Assembly (NCBI GenBank): GCA_963770895.1
Contig: CAVYRF010000002.1
Span: forward strand, 928,001 to 992,000
Source of the DNA: an uncultured Acidobacteriota bacterium
GTDB lineage: Bacteria; Acidobacteriota; Thermoanaerobaculia; Multivoradales; UBA5704
Direction of reading: 5' to 3'
DNA length: 64,000 bases
Each line of letters opens with the position of its first letter. Position 1 is the first letter of the stretch. The position numbers were made by a program, and so were the translations under genes. Below are positions 19,401 to 27,718 of this stretch, piece by piece. The notes under the pieces are model-generated. The model did not search any database. It was not told the DNA's origin and saw only the letters and a list, made by a program, of their open reading frames with translations.

Positions 19401-19461
19401 TCAGGCACCGGCGGGTCCGGGCGCGATGAGGATCGGCCTGCGGGGGCTGGGCATGCAGCAT
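16435..19461 (-). CDS. Large secreted/surface protein with seven FG-GAP-like repeats and two C-terminal FWFF domains
   Basis: Seven KL(T/V)AxDG...GAxYVF units; two GGLFWFF...NPEMLxKVLNACGVN domains; signal-peptide-like N-terminus; start could be 19494. Confidence 0.88.
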   Translation of the reverse strand: MLHAQPPQADPHRARTRRCLTHVAAAWGGLALGVLSGASVASAAAAPAALPDSPALRAVVSSTLGRDDVGYALTAQGGGYAATLAGGGASALVRNGGVQVAAGGHRWQLSAAVVGRDGERQAAPDAARLRARRTARNRVDFASDIAGGGGAVDTWFVNGPAGLEEGWTIGRAPAGAGALRLELALAGDLRAAVSVDGRDLTLLPPPAATTLAGGGPVLRYGGLTAYDARGRQLAARFALRRDRLLVEVQDAGAVYPVTVDPFMQVAKLVAADGAAGDNLGAAVAISDDGQTVVAGAPEAEVGGHAAAGAVYVFSRPVSGWANGVQTAKLTASDGAASDQLGDFPQGVAISADGSTILAVAPFATVGGHGGQGAVYVFLRGGTAWTNQTQQAKLTAGDGAAGDELRAVAIDANATTVVASTDHAMIGSHAAQGALYVFARPTNGWISGTQTAKLTASDGAAQDGLGLMNAISGDGATIAAGAAATVDNKATQGAVYVYTWSPSHTWVNATQTAKLTASDGAAGDQLGFGVAVSSNGATIAAGASGAAIDSKASQGAVYVFARPTSGWANGTQIAKLTASDGARNDSFGTSVAISDDGSTILGGTRAATVDGNANQGAAYAFARPGAAWADATEVSKLVAGDGQASEEMGIVALSGDGKTAAVGATFATLGLHSAQGAIYVFSSRCAASATTICLDDQPGDGRWQVTTSFHTSEGGGHSGFGQAIALANIGVSHGGLFWFFDPSNPEMLLKVLNACGVNQHYWVFSSATTNVGFTVTVTDSVTGSTKVYTNQDGTAALPVQDTAAFSCTTAGLAAPAPPPSAVADSSPSDVIVSGGTPAALGAAAASHTTAALVASEAGDAATTAASANNAPAPPTTAADSVVPPPAAQAGCATTSTQLCIGDRFAVKAHYHTAQGGGSNGDGQAIALAELGVSQGGLFWFFNPTNPEMLVKVLNACGVNNRYWIFYAAGTNVGFTVTVTDTQTNEVKTYTNPDLTAALPVQDTNALPCN

Positions 19462-19746
19462 GGCGAGCGTCCTTTCTGACCGGGTCCGCAGCAACTTAGA
19501 GCGTGTACTGCCAATCTAGACCATCGTATTGGCAGTTGGCTATAGCACGCGGCTGCAATTCCCCTGCCGGGTACCCGCAAGCCCCGCGGTCGCTTTGGCC
19601 GTCCAGGCACCCCGATGGCCGTTCCCAGCGCCGAAACTCGCCTGAGAACGCGCTCGCCCACAGCGCGCTGCGGCTGCGAGCTCCCTGACGGTAGGCTGGG
19701 TCCACGCAACCTTGCACCTATCGCGCCCCGGGAGTACATCCGAAGC

Positions 19747-19959
19747 GTGAACGTCGCCGTTCTCTCCCGCGACCCCGAGGTAATGGGGGGCACTGCCGTA
19801 TTCCCGGCGACTCGCGTACCAGTCCAAACGCTGATCGAGTACCTGGAAGCAGGGGAAACCATCGATGACTTTCTCGAAGGCTTCCCCTCCGTCAAACGAG
19901 AGCAGGTCATCGCCTTTCTGGAGGCAGCGACCGAGCGCCTGGTGGCCGCGACCCCGTGA
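19747..19959 (+). CDS. DUF433 family antitoxin
   Basis: RDPEVMGGTAVFPATRVPVQTLIEYLEAGETIDDFLEGFP; GGGAG upstream of GTG. Confidence 0.9.
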   Translation: MNVAVLSRDPEVMGGTAVFPATRVPVQTLIEYLEAGETIDDFLEGFPSVKREQVIAFLEAATERLVAATP

Positions 19960-20123
19960 GGGTCCTCCTTGACGAATGCATCGCGCCCTCAAGTCGGCCC
20001 AACCTGGTACGGCAACCCACGTGGAGCTCTGATCCGCAAACCCTCGTCTGCTGTGACAAGGTCGGTCAGGCGCAGCGTCGTACTGCTGGAGGCCAAGGAC
20101 GAAGCCGCGGGCGCCGGGGCTGA
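19956..20123 (+). pseudogene. DUF5615 PIN-like toxin remnant
   Basis: GTGA overlap with DUF433 stop, begins VRVLLDECI then loses similarity and stops early. Confidence 0.6.
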
Positions 20124-20294
20124 GCCGACCAGGGTCTCCGTGCTGCTGAAAGACGGCGTGGGGAAGATCGATTTCAAGCGGGACAAGCCAGGAGAGGTCA
20201 CGCAGCGCCCCAAAATCTCGTGGACCCTCGTCGGTTGGTGGCCGCTCGCCCAGGGCGTCCTGGAGCTCTAGCGCTCACCAAGCCATTTGAACCG

Positions 20295-20452
20295 GCCGCT
20301 CGCGTCAAGACGATGAGTGGTGAAGCGTTGACCGCGGGCCTCTCAGCCACGCTCCAGCTCGTGCTGCAAGTCGTCGAAGTCCACGACGAAGGCATCGACG
20401 CCTTCCCGCGCCAGCGCCATCAAGAAGTCGGTTCGATCCGAGCCCGCAACCT
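20295..20452 (-). pseudogene. Remnant UPF0175 antitoxin (C-terminus) and DUF3368 PIN toxin (N-terminus)
   Basis: ...QVAGSDRTDFLMALAREGVDAFVVDFDDLQHELERG* overlapping VAERPAVNASPLIVL; both truncated. Confidence 0.65.
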
Positions 20453-20491
20453 GGTTTCTCAGTGGCTCTCCTGGCCGGAGCGGAACTCGGA

Positions 20492-21631
20492 CTATCCGAC
20501 TGCTGCCCTGGCGATTTCCTCGATTCTCTCGCTCCGAGCCTGAACCTCGAGTTGGCGACAGTTGCATGCGAGCAGATTGTCAAGGTGAAGCGCGTATCGC
20601 AGAGTCGCCTTTGCCACGGTACGAGCCTTGCGCAGTCGCGACTGAAACTCTTCACAATGAGCAGGTATCAGTGAAGCTGGGACACGTTGAGGGCTGCGGT
20701 AGAAGCAGTCGTCAACGGGGGGTACGCCGGCAGCGAACCGCAGACATGCCAAGCGATAGTCCAGGTAGCGTAAGTGCCGAGAAAAGAGATTATGGACATC
20801 CTGCCGCATCTTTGGCAGCCGGAGGAACTCGGCTCGGCTCGGATGGGATTCGCCAGCGGGATCGCCAGCGTCGAGATCTAAAAGATGGACCCGAACGATC
20901 GACTCACTGAGAATGTCGGCTGTATCGTCTCGCTGAACTTCGCTCGCCCGATCCATGTAAATCCGTAGCAGCTCTCGAAGCATCACAGGTGATTGCCCCT
21001 CGGCCAAGGCGAGGTCCAACCCTGCATCTGCAATGTAGCGCTCGACCGTCGCCGACCCCTTCCACCGTTTCAGGGCAGCGAGCCACTCCCTGCTATCTGA
21101 AAATCTACCGAGCTCCGTGCAAATGCCAGCTGCCAGATATGCCAGGTACTGCCGAGAGGACTCGGCAAGTTCCGGGAGCTGATACGTGGCCTCACAAAGA
21201 CCCAGGGCCTTTCCGCAATCGCCACATCTCATGGCCCATTGGACCTCAAATTCGGAGACGTCATTCGCCAACTGACGATCGTTGCCGGCGTATACTCTGA
21301 GGTCGGCGACCAAGCGCTCCAGCCGCGACCGTTCCGGCCTCGCACTGAGAGTGATGTGAGCTAAATACAGCCGCGACAGCCATGCATCCCGCCGAGGGGC
21401 TTCCTCCGGCTCCGATTGACGCGCCTCGAGGAGCAGTTTAAGGCCGCCGCGACAGTCGCCTGAGATTGCGGTTGAGATGCCGGCCTGCACCATCGCCTTG
21501 AACCAGACCGCGCGATTGCCAACCGCAAGTGCAGCCGACGCCGTGCTCCGAAATAGCAGGGCTGCTTCTGCAGAACGGCTGGCGCGGCTCGCCCGCCAGG
21601 CTTCGTCGAGAAGTTCGTCATGGTGTGCCAT
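20492..21631 (-). CDS. Hypothetical alpha-helical (TPR-like) protein, downstream partner of the HSP90 fusion
   Basis: About 380-aa Ala/Leu-rich helical-repeat pattern, co-oriented 19 bp after the HSP90 gene; start may be 21661. Confidence 0.7.
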   Translation of the reverse strand: MAHHDELLDEAWRASRASRSAEAALLFRSTASAALAVGNRAVWFKAMVQAGISTAISGDCRGGLKLLLEARQSEPEEAPRRDAWLSRLYLAHITLSARPERSRLERLVADLRVYAGNDRQLANDVSEFEVQWAMRCGDCGKALGLCEATYQLPELAESSRQYLAYLAAGICTELGRFSDSREWLAALKRWKGSATVERYIADAGLDLALAEGQSPVMLRELLRIYMDRASEVQRDDTADILSESIVRVHLLDLDAGDPAGESHPSRAEFLRLPKMRQDVHNLFSRHLRYLDYRLACLRFAAGVPPVDDCFYRSPQRVPASLIPAHCEEFQSRLRKARTVAKATLRYALHLDNLLACNCRQLEVQARSERIEEIARAAVG

Positions 21632-21650
21632 GGTAATGACAGTCGGCGGC

Positions 21651-24353
21651 TCACATGGCAAGGTTGTCTCTGATGCGCCTCAGTACGACTGCGGCAAGGT
21701 CTGCCTCTCCGCCAAGCAAGCTTTCGAGCTGCTTCTCATCTGCCTTTCTCCACACCGTTCCAGTTGGATACGCCTCGCTAAGGCGATCGTAAAGAACTTT
21801 CGACGGGAGGATCTCCTTGGTCCAGGCGCGTAGCGCTCGCGGCGAGATATACTCCTCGCGTCCTTCCCGCTTGAGCAAGACGCTCAGCCGCTCGTTTCTG
21901 CGAAAGCCCTCCTCAAGCTGAGTGGCGATCTCTGTTGCGGTCTGGTCTGACTGATAGAGCCCCCCCGTGATGTGGCCGGCGAGGTCAGAGGGAAGCGTAG
22001 GGGTGTCGCCGGCGCTCGCAACGCGGGCAATGAGCAGACTCGGCAGATGACCGCGGCCGTACAGCGCGGCCCCCAGCTCCATCATAACGTTGGGGTTCGC
22101 GCCACTCACGTCGGCAACGAAAAAGTCCGCATCGTTGAGATGCGCCTCGACATTGCCACGAATTATATCCTCAAAGGTTCGCTGATCGGCGGTCCGGAGC
22201 TCACAGCCGAGGCGGTCTTCCACCGTCATGCGCACGGCCTCCCGTGAGACGTCGAATTCCTTTGAAAAGGGAGTCATCAGAAAGGCGGTGAGATGCGTTC
22301 GTTCGCGTCGCCGCGGCAGAGTAATTTGTCTGCGCTGCTTGTCCAGCTCCGCCCGCTCATGAGCCATGGTCACCTTCTCCACCAGGAACTGAAGCGATTT
22401 GCTCATCAGGCGTTGAAACTGAGCATGAAAGATTTGCGCATTGCTGGGAGTCATGAGCTCTTGATTGTAGAGAATTGCATCGTTATAGACGCAGAGCATG
22501 AGGTCGACCAGGTCTTCGTCATCGGGATTGACCTCGACCAAGCTAGCGAGAGACCGGATCAAGGGATTGGCGGCGTTGATGCTCATCCGCATATCGGCGT
22601 TGCGGCTCAGAATCAGCATCTCCTCTGCCATGACGCGCAGATCGGAAGGACTGTTCGGATCGTTGAGGATGCTTCGGGCCTTCATGCTTCCCTGCGCGAC
22701 CTCGTTGCTTTTCAGCACGGCAGGCAGGGAATCCGGCTGGAAGCGACGCGGCTCCACTCGCAAGCGGCCGGTGCCGCCGGGCCGCAAGCGGTGCGACATC
22801 TGTTGAGCCAGGATCCGGACGGCGCGATCTTGCGTTGGATCTACCTCGCGAAAAACGGTAGGGTCGTCCTCGCGATCCACATAGACGAGACACAGCGCTC
22901 CCTTTCGGCGTTCGACCCAGGTCTTGATCAGCTCGGCCTCAAAAAAGTAGCTAGCGTCTACGACGGTTGTGCCGGCGGCATCCGCCATTTCGAAGAACTG
23001 GTTCGCAGAGCTGCGCGTCGTGAAGCAGGGTAGGCGTTTACTGCCATCCCCCTCCCGGGCGGGGAGGGCGGCTTCGATCTCCGACAGGGTCGCCCAGGTG
23101 TAGTTCGCCCCAGCATCTTCGCTGACAAAGCGGCGTCCTCCGTGCCATGTGCGGGCGCTTGACGCCGCCGATTTGGCGTTGATTCTCCATTCCAGGAGGT
23201 GGGCGAACTTGTCAAAGAATGGATCGTAGTGAAAGCAGGCAGCCTTGATGCCAAGGTCGTGGAAGGCCAGGATCTCCGAGAGGCGCTGGGGCTCCTTCTC
23301 CCGCAGGTGCTCGAAATGCCTGACGATGATGTCGCCGAGACGGTCGCGGAGCGCCGTAAAGCTGGAATCCCGTGTGAAGTTGTCGCGCGCCGCGTTCGGC
23401 GAAAGACTGCTGGTATTGATGATCCCGTTGACAAAGCGAGCCCAAGGCGGCAGGATCTCCTTGGCCTCCTCGCACAGGAACATGCGCTTGAGGAACACTC
23501 TCACCGTCCGGGGCGCATCGGTGGCGATGAGGCGAGTGCGGGTGATGTAGAGCAGGCCCTCTGCATGAAGCGCCGGAACGCCGCCCACGGCCGGGTCAGT
23601 AATATCTATTGGGATTACTTCGAGGACACTGTCTGGGACGGTGCGCTCCAGGTAGATCATGCTGTCAAAGCGCATCTCGGATTCGGAGATGCCATTGCGC
23701 TCCCATGGCATCACCATGGTGTTGATCTGTGCGCCATGATGCCCTGGATCGTTCAGGTAGATAGGGATGCGGAGCATGTCCGCATAGGTGCGGACGACCT
23801 TCTTGATGAAGTCCTCGTGCAAGAGGCCGCGGTCTTCAGCAGACCTGAGGTGAACCGTAACCTCTGTGCCGATGGTTGGGAGCGTGCAGGGCGAAATCGT
23901 GTAGTCCTTGTTGCCCGAGTTCTCCCAGAGACAACCGTTGTCCGGAAGTGCGTCCCAAGCGCGCGTGCGGACCTCCACACGGGCACCCACCACGAACCCG
24001 GATAGAAAGCCGATACCGAACTGGCCGATCGCATCCGGCACCTCGTCCTTGGCAGCTTTCGTCCCAGACTTACCTATGGTCGAGAGGAAATCCTCCAAAT
24101 CCTGCACACTCATGCCGATGCCGTTGTCGCGAAAAACGATGCGGGCCGGAGAGGCCGTCAGGTCGGTCAAGATCCCGATATGCCCCTGCTCGCGGCTGAA
24201 CAACGGATCTTTGGTGGCTCGGCGCAGGATGGCATCGTGGGCGTTCTGTATGAGCTCTCGGATGAACACCTTCTTTTCCGAATAGAGATGCCCGGCGAGG
24301 AGCTGGATCAGGCCGTCAAAGTCGAAGGTCATCTCATTGTGGATAGTGGGCAT
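21651..24353 (-). CDS. HSP90/HtpG-like ATPase with C-terminal nucleoside 2-deoxyribosyltransferase/TIR-like domain
   Basis: LYSEKKVFIRELIQNAHDA, DNGIGMS, IGQFGIGF, GTEV; C-terminal AFLMTPF...DADFFVADVSGANPNVMMELG...LPSDL. Confidence 0.88.
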   Translation of the reverse strand: MPTIHNEMTFDFDGLIQLLAGHLYSEKKVFIRELIQNAHDAILRRATKDPLFSREQGHIGILTDLTASPARIVFRDNGIGMSVQDLEDFLSTIGKSGTKAAKDEVPDAIGQFGIGFLSGFVVGARVEVRTRAWDALPDNGCLWENSGNKDYTISPCTLPTIGTEVTVHLRSAEDRGLLHEDFIKKVVRTYADMLRIPIYLNDPGHHGAQINTMVMPWERNGISESEMRFDSMIYLERTVPDSVLEVIPIDITDPAVGGVPALHAEGLLYITRTRLIATDAPRTVRVFLKRMFLCEEAKEILPPWARFVNGIINTSSLSPNAARDNFTRDSSFTALRDRLGDIIVRHFEHLREKEPQRLSEILAFHDLGIKAACFHYDPFFDKFAHLLEWRINAKSAASSARTWHGGRRFVSEDAGANYTWATLSEIEAALPAREGDGSKRLPCFTTRSSANQFFEMADAAGTTVVDASYFFEAELIKTWVERRKGALCLVYVDREDDPTVFREVDPTQDRAVRILAQQMSHRLRPGGTGRLRVEPRRFQPDSLPAVLKSNEVAQGSMKARSILNDPNSPSDLRVMAEEMLILSRNADMRMSINAANPLIRSLASLVEVNPDDEDLVDLMLCVYNDAILYNQELMTPSNAQIFHAQFQRLMSKSLQFLVEKVTMAHERAELDKQRRQITLPRRRERTHLTAFLMTPFSKEFDVSREAVRMTVEDRLGCELRTADQRTFEDIIRGNVEAHLNDADFFVADVSGANPNVMMELGAALYGRGHLPSLLIARVASAGDTPTLPSDLAGHITGGLYQSDQTATEIATQLEEGFRRNERLSVLLKREGREEYISPRALRAWTKEILPSKVLYDRLSEAYPTGTVWRKADEKQLESLLGGEADLAAVVLRRIRDNLAM

Positions 24354-24525
24354 AAGCAGATTTTACCGCAGCTGGACCGGGATATTGGGTGAAGGCCGTT
24401 GAAATTGGCAGCTGCCGAGGACGCTCGTATCGCTCATTAGCCATAGGCGGATCAATGAGGCGCCGATGGTCAGCTGGCTGGCGCTTGTCTATACGACGGC
24501 GCTAGTGCCGCCAGCACCCGCTCGC

Positions 24526-24572
24526 ATGGCCGGCCGATTCCCGTTGCTTATGGATGAACACGTCCCGTTATG
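24526..24572 (+). pseudogene. DUF5615 PIN-like toxin N-terminal remnant
   Basis: MAGRFPLLMDEHVP (LxDEHV signature) running head-on into the DUF433 gene. Confidence 0.45.
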
Positions 24573-24879
24573 GGCCGACTCCGTGGCTGACCTGAATGGG
24601 ATTCGGTTCGGCCAGCCTTCCAAGCTCCGCGTCTTCGGCGAGCGCTGCGTCAATCTCGGCTTGGTGGTCGTAGTAGTAGGCGAGAGCGGCATGAAGCTCG
24701 CCGCGCGTCAAGGTACGGGACGAGAAGTACTGCAGCAACTCGTCGTCCGGCACTCCGGCCCGCCGCGCGGCAACGATGTCCATGACACGCACGCGGGTGC
24801 CGGCGACGCACGGACGGCCGCTCATCACCTGAGGCTGCGTTGAGATGTGCGGGTACGAGAGGCAGGGGACCGCGACCAT
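24568..24879 (-). CDS. DUF433 family antitoxin (orphan)
   Basis: HISTQPQVMSGRPCVAGTRVRVMDIV...LHAALAYYYDHQAEID. Confidence 0.88.
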   Translation of the reverse strand: MVAVPCLSYPHISTQPQVMSGRPCVAGTRVRVMDIVAARRAGVPDDELLQYFSSRTLTRGELHAALAYYYDHQAEIDAALAEDAELGRLAEPNPIQVSHGVGP

Positions 24880-24969
24880 AAGGCATCTCACAATAGCACC
24901 CCGCGGCACTGCCGCTTCGAACTCGCACGCTAATCTGGTCCGAGGCCCGAAGGAAACCGGCTCCCGCCG

Positions 24970-25047
24970 GGGCACCGAGCCGACCAAGCCATGGGCACCG
25001 AGCCACCCAGGCCATGGGTACCGAGCCGGTTGCCGGGGGCTGGGGGG
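24970..25047 (-). repeat. Three-unit array (CCATGGG(C/T)ACCGAGCC, about 23-bp period), inverted copy of the 11496 array
   Basis: CCATGGGTACCGAGCCGGT at 25012-25030 is the reverse complement of 11492-11510. Confidence 0.8.
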
Positions 25048-25162
25048 ACCCCTCGGCGGCGCTCTGGGGCGAAGCAAACCTGCTCATCGGCCGGCGCCCC
25101 TCCCGCAGGCCCCCACCGCCAATCGAGCCCCAGCGCGACGACCGAGGGGTCCCCCCCAGTCC

Positions 25163-25258
25163 CCGGCCATCAAGGCCTGGCGCGCTGTCGAGAGGTGCCC
25201 TCCAGTTCCCGGCAACCGGCCATCAAGGCCTGGCGCGCTGTCGAGAGGTGCCCTCCAG
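25163..25258. repeat. Two identical 43-bp direct repeats separated by 10 bp
   Basis: CCGGCCATCAAGGCCTGGCGCGCTGTCGAGAGGTGCCCTCCAG at 25163-25205 and 25216-25258. Confidence 0.9.
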
Positions 25259-25279
25259 CGGCCGCCGCCCCCCCAGCGT

Positions 25280-27571
25280 CTACCGCCGGGGGAGCAGGCT
25301 CTTGCCGTCGAGGCGCTCGGGGGGGGCGACTTTGTAGAGGTCGAGGATGGTGGGCATGACGTCGCCCATTTTGGCGTCGGCGGCGTCGAGCTTGAAGTTG
25401 CTGAAGAGGATGCCCTTGACCAGGGGCGGATAGACGGAGCAGTGGTCCCCGGACCAGATCTGGTCGTTGGGTTCGACGATGGTCTTGCCGATGCCGCCCA
25501 GGCTGTCCTGCCAGCCGACGCGGTAGCCCTCGCTGTTGGAGGGGATGAGGTCGGGGATCAGCTCGGGATCGTAGGTGCCGTAGGCCTCGTCGCGGGTGAA
25601 GACGTGGGCCACGGGGTGCTCACCGGTGTCGGGATCGACGTAGGACTGCAGGCCGGCGATGATGGCGGCGGTCACCTGCTTGTAGTCCTCGCCCGGCTTG
25701 ACGATGCCCTTGGCTTCGCGTCCGGCGAGGTTGATGTAGATCTGGCCCAGGCCCAGGGCGTAGGCCTTGGTCTTGGACCAGTCCACGTTGACGAAGAAGT
25801 CGCCCTGGCCGAACAGATCTTCCAGGTTTTTGCGCTTGGTGTCTTCGCCGGTCAGGCTCATGAAGCCGTTGGTCGCCAACCAGGTGTTGTAGTTCATGCC
25901 GCGGCGGAAGGAAGCGAAGCCGTGGTCCGACACCACCATCAGCGCGGTGCCGGCGGGCATTTTCTGCATCGTCTCGCCGACGATGTCGTCCATCTGCTGA
26001 TAGGCGGCCAGCACCGACGGGCCCCAGCGCTTGGCGCCTTCGGCGGTGTAGAGCGGGTGCTTCGGATCGAGGAAGCGGAACATCATGTGCTGCACCCGAT
26101 CGGTGAATTCGAAGTAGTGCACCATCACGTCCCAATCGTCGTCCGCCAGCTGCGTGCGCAGGATCTGCCGATCCTTGTCGACGGTCTGGCGAACGTCTTC
26201 CAGGAACACCTGCTCGTCCGAGGTGCCGTCGGTGAGCGACCAGGTATCGATCATCCAGCCGATGGTCTTGAACAAGCCGAAGCGATGGGTCAGGTCGCCG
26301 ACAAAGGAGCTGGGCGCGGTGATGGCGAAACCGGGGGGCAGGCGCTCGGGATCGAATTGAATGGGCGACAGGTAGATGCGCAGCTCGGGCGCCACCGACA
26401 GGACGCGGAACTTGCCGATGCCATGCACCTGGATGAGCCGGTTGAAGGGGAAGGTGAAGCGCGCCCAGTCGCTCCATTGGCCGGGCTTCAAGGTGATGTC
26501 GTTGCCCGAGACCTGGATGCGCACGCTGGCGCGGTCGGGGGGCACGGTCAGGCGCATCGGGATCGAAATGAAGTCGCCGTGCTGCGGGAAGAGGTCGTTG
26601 GGGACCTCCTTGATCTCGGTGTCGATCACCCCTTTGTTGTCGGGCAGCTCGACCACTTCCACCTTGAAGTCGCCGCCGCCCTTGGGGGTGAAGAACAGCT
26701 CCGAGGTGAAGTAGAACGGCTTGCCGATGCGCGCCGACAGGTCGGGCGTGCCCAGGCCGCTGAGCAGCCGGCCGTGCTCGAACTCCTTGGGCGGGAAGGT
26801 GACCGGCACCCGCATCACCCGCACGTGCTTGCCGGCGTTGCCCAGGATGGACCAGAAGGTGGCGCCGCGCTGGCGGTTGAACGGCACCGGGTGCTGCTTG
26901 GGCAGCATGCGGTTGGCGGCGTAGCCGAAAAACAGACCCGCGGCCACGGCGACGACCAGCGCGGCCGGCACGCCGAACACCAGCCGCCACCGCGGCGAAA
27001 CGAGCCGCCGCCGCACCAGCACCGCCACCAGCGCCCCCAGCAGGAAGACCGCCGCGCCGGCAATGCCGCCGACGACCCAGCCGTTGTTGGCGCCCCACAG
27101 GAAGGGCTCCTTCTTGACGTCGAAGGCGGCAAAGCTGGGGTGGTAGGTCTGCGGGTCGCGCTTGAGGAAGTCGAAGATGCCGTGACGGCCAGGATTGAGG
27201 CCGGTGGCAAAGGTGGACCACGACACCGGCGTCTGCGACGGGATGGTCGACAGCAGCGGCGCGAAGGTCCCCTGCCGCGCCAGCGCCGCCAGGTGGGGGA
27301 GCTTCCCCTCGTCCATCCACTTCTGCGTCAGCTTGGCGTCGGCGCCGTCGAAGCCCAAAATCAACAGCCGCCGCGGCGGCTGGCCGTCCGCGCCCACGGC
27401 CGCCGCGGCGCCGGCTGCCGGAGCGGCGTCGGCGGCGCGCATCGCCCGCACGTGGACGGCAAGCGCCGCCAAGGCCAGGACCATCACCAGGGCGGCACCC
27501 AGGAGCCGGCGGAACAGGCGCCGGCGGCCCGACCGGAGCAGAGTTTGGGACGGGGGCAGGGTCTTGCGCAT
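25280..27571 (-). CDS. Alkaline phosphatase superfamily, type I phosphodiesterase/nucleotide pyrophosphatase
   Basis: LILGFDGAD, STIPSQTPVSWSTFATGLNPGRHGIFDF, TDRVQH, VVSDHGF, WSGDH. Confidence 0.88.
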   Translation of the reverse strand: MRKTLPPSQTLLRSGRRRLFRRLLGAALVMVLALAALAVHVRAMRAADAAPAAGAAAAVGADGQPPRRLLILGFDGADAKLTQKWMDEGKLPHLAALARQGTFAPLLSTIPSQTPVSWSTFATGLNPGRHGIFDFLKRDPQTYHPSFAAFDVKKEPFLWGANNGWVVGGIAGAAVFLLGALVAVLVRRRLVSPRWRLVFGVPAALVVAVAAGLFFGYAANRMLPKQHPVPFNRQRGATFWSILGNAGKHVRVMRVPVTFPPKEFEHGRLLSGLGTPDLSARIGKPFYFTSELFFTPKGGGDFKVEVVELPDNKGVIDTEIKEVPNDLFPQHGDFISIPMRLTVPPDRASVRIQVSGNDITLKPGQWSDWARFTFPFNRLIQVHGIGKFRVLSVAPELRIYLSPIQFDPERLPPGFAITAPSSFVGDLTHRFGLFKTIGWMIDTWSLTDGTSDEQVFLEDVRQTVDKDRQILRTQLADDDWDVMVHYFEFTDRVQHMMFRFLDPKHPLYTAEGAKRWGPSVLAAYQQMDDIVGETMQKMPAGTALMVVSDHGFASFRRGMNYNTWLATNGFMSLTGEDTKRKNLEDLFGQGDFFVNVDWSKTKAYALGLGQIYINLAGREAKGIVKPGEDYKQVTAAIIAGLQSYVDPDTGEHPVAHVFTRDEAYGTYDPELIPDLIPSNSEGYRVGWQDSLGGIGKTIVEPNDQIWSGDHCSVYPPLVKGILFSNFKLDAADAKMGDVMPTILDLYKVAPPERLDGKSLLPRR

Positions 27572-27718
27572 GGGGAACCGAACCTCGTGGCGGATGGCGG
27601 CGTTGCGGGGCGAAGGTTTCACGGCGGCGAAGGGGTAGCACTATACCAGACCGGCCCCCACCGCCAGCACCCCGCGCCACTCCTTGCTATAATCCGCGAC
27701 GTTCGATCGGAAAACCCT

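Noticed and set aside
11496-25258. Short repeat arrays as possible CRISPR arrays
   Set aside because: Only 2-3 units, spacers of 10 bp or less, and no cas genes.
24845-27718. 1335-aa ORF and other long ORFs antisense to real genes (e.g. 50725-53889, 16924-19479)
   Set aside because: These are shadow ORFs caused by high GC; only the 27719-28852 GGDEF part of that ORF is protein-like.
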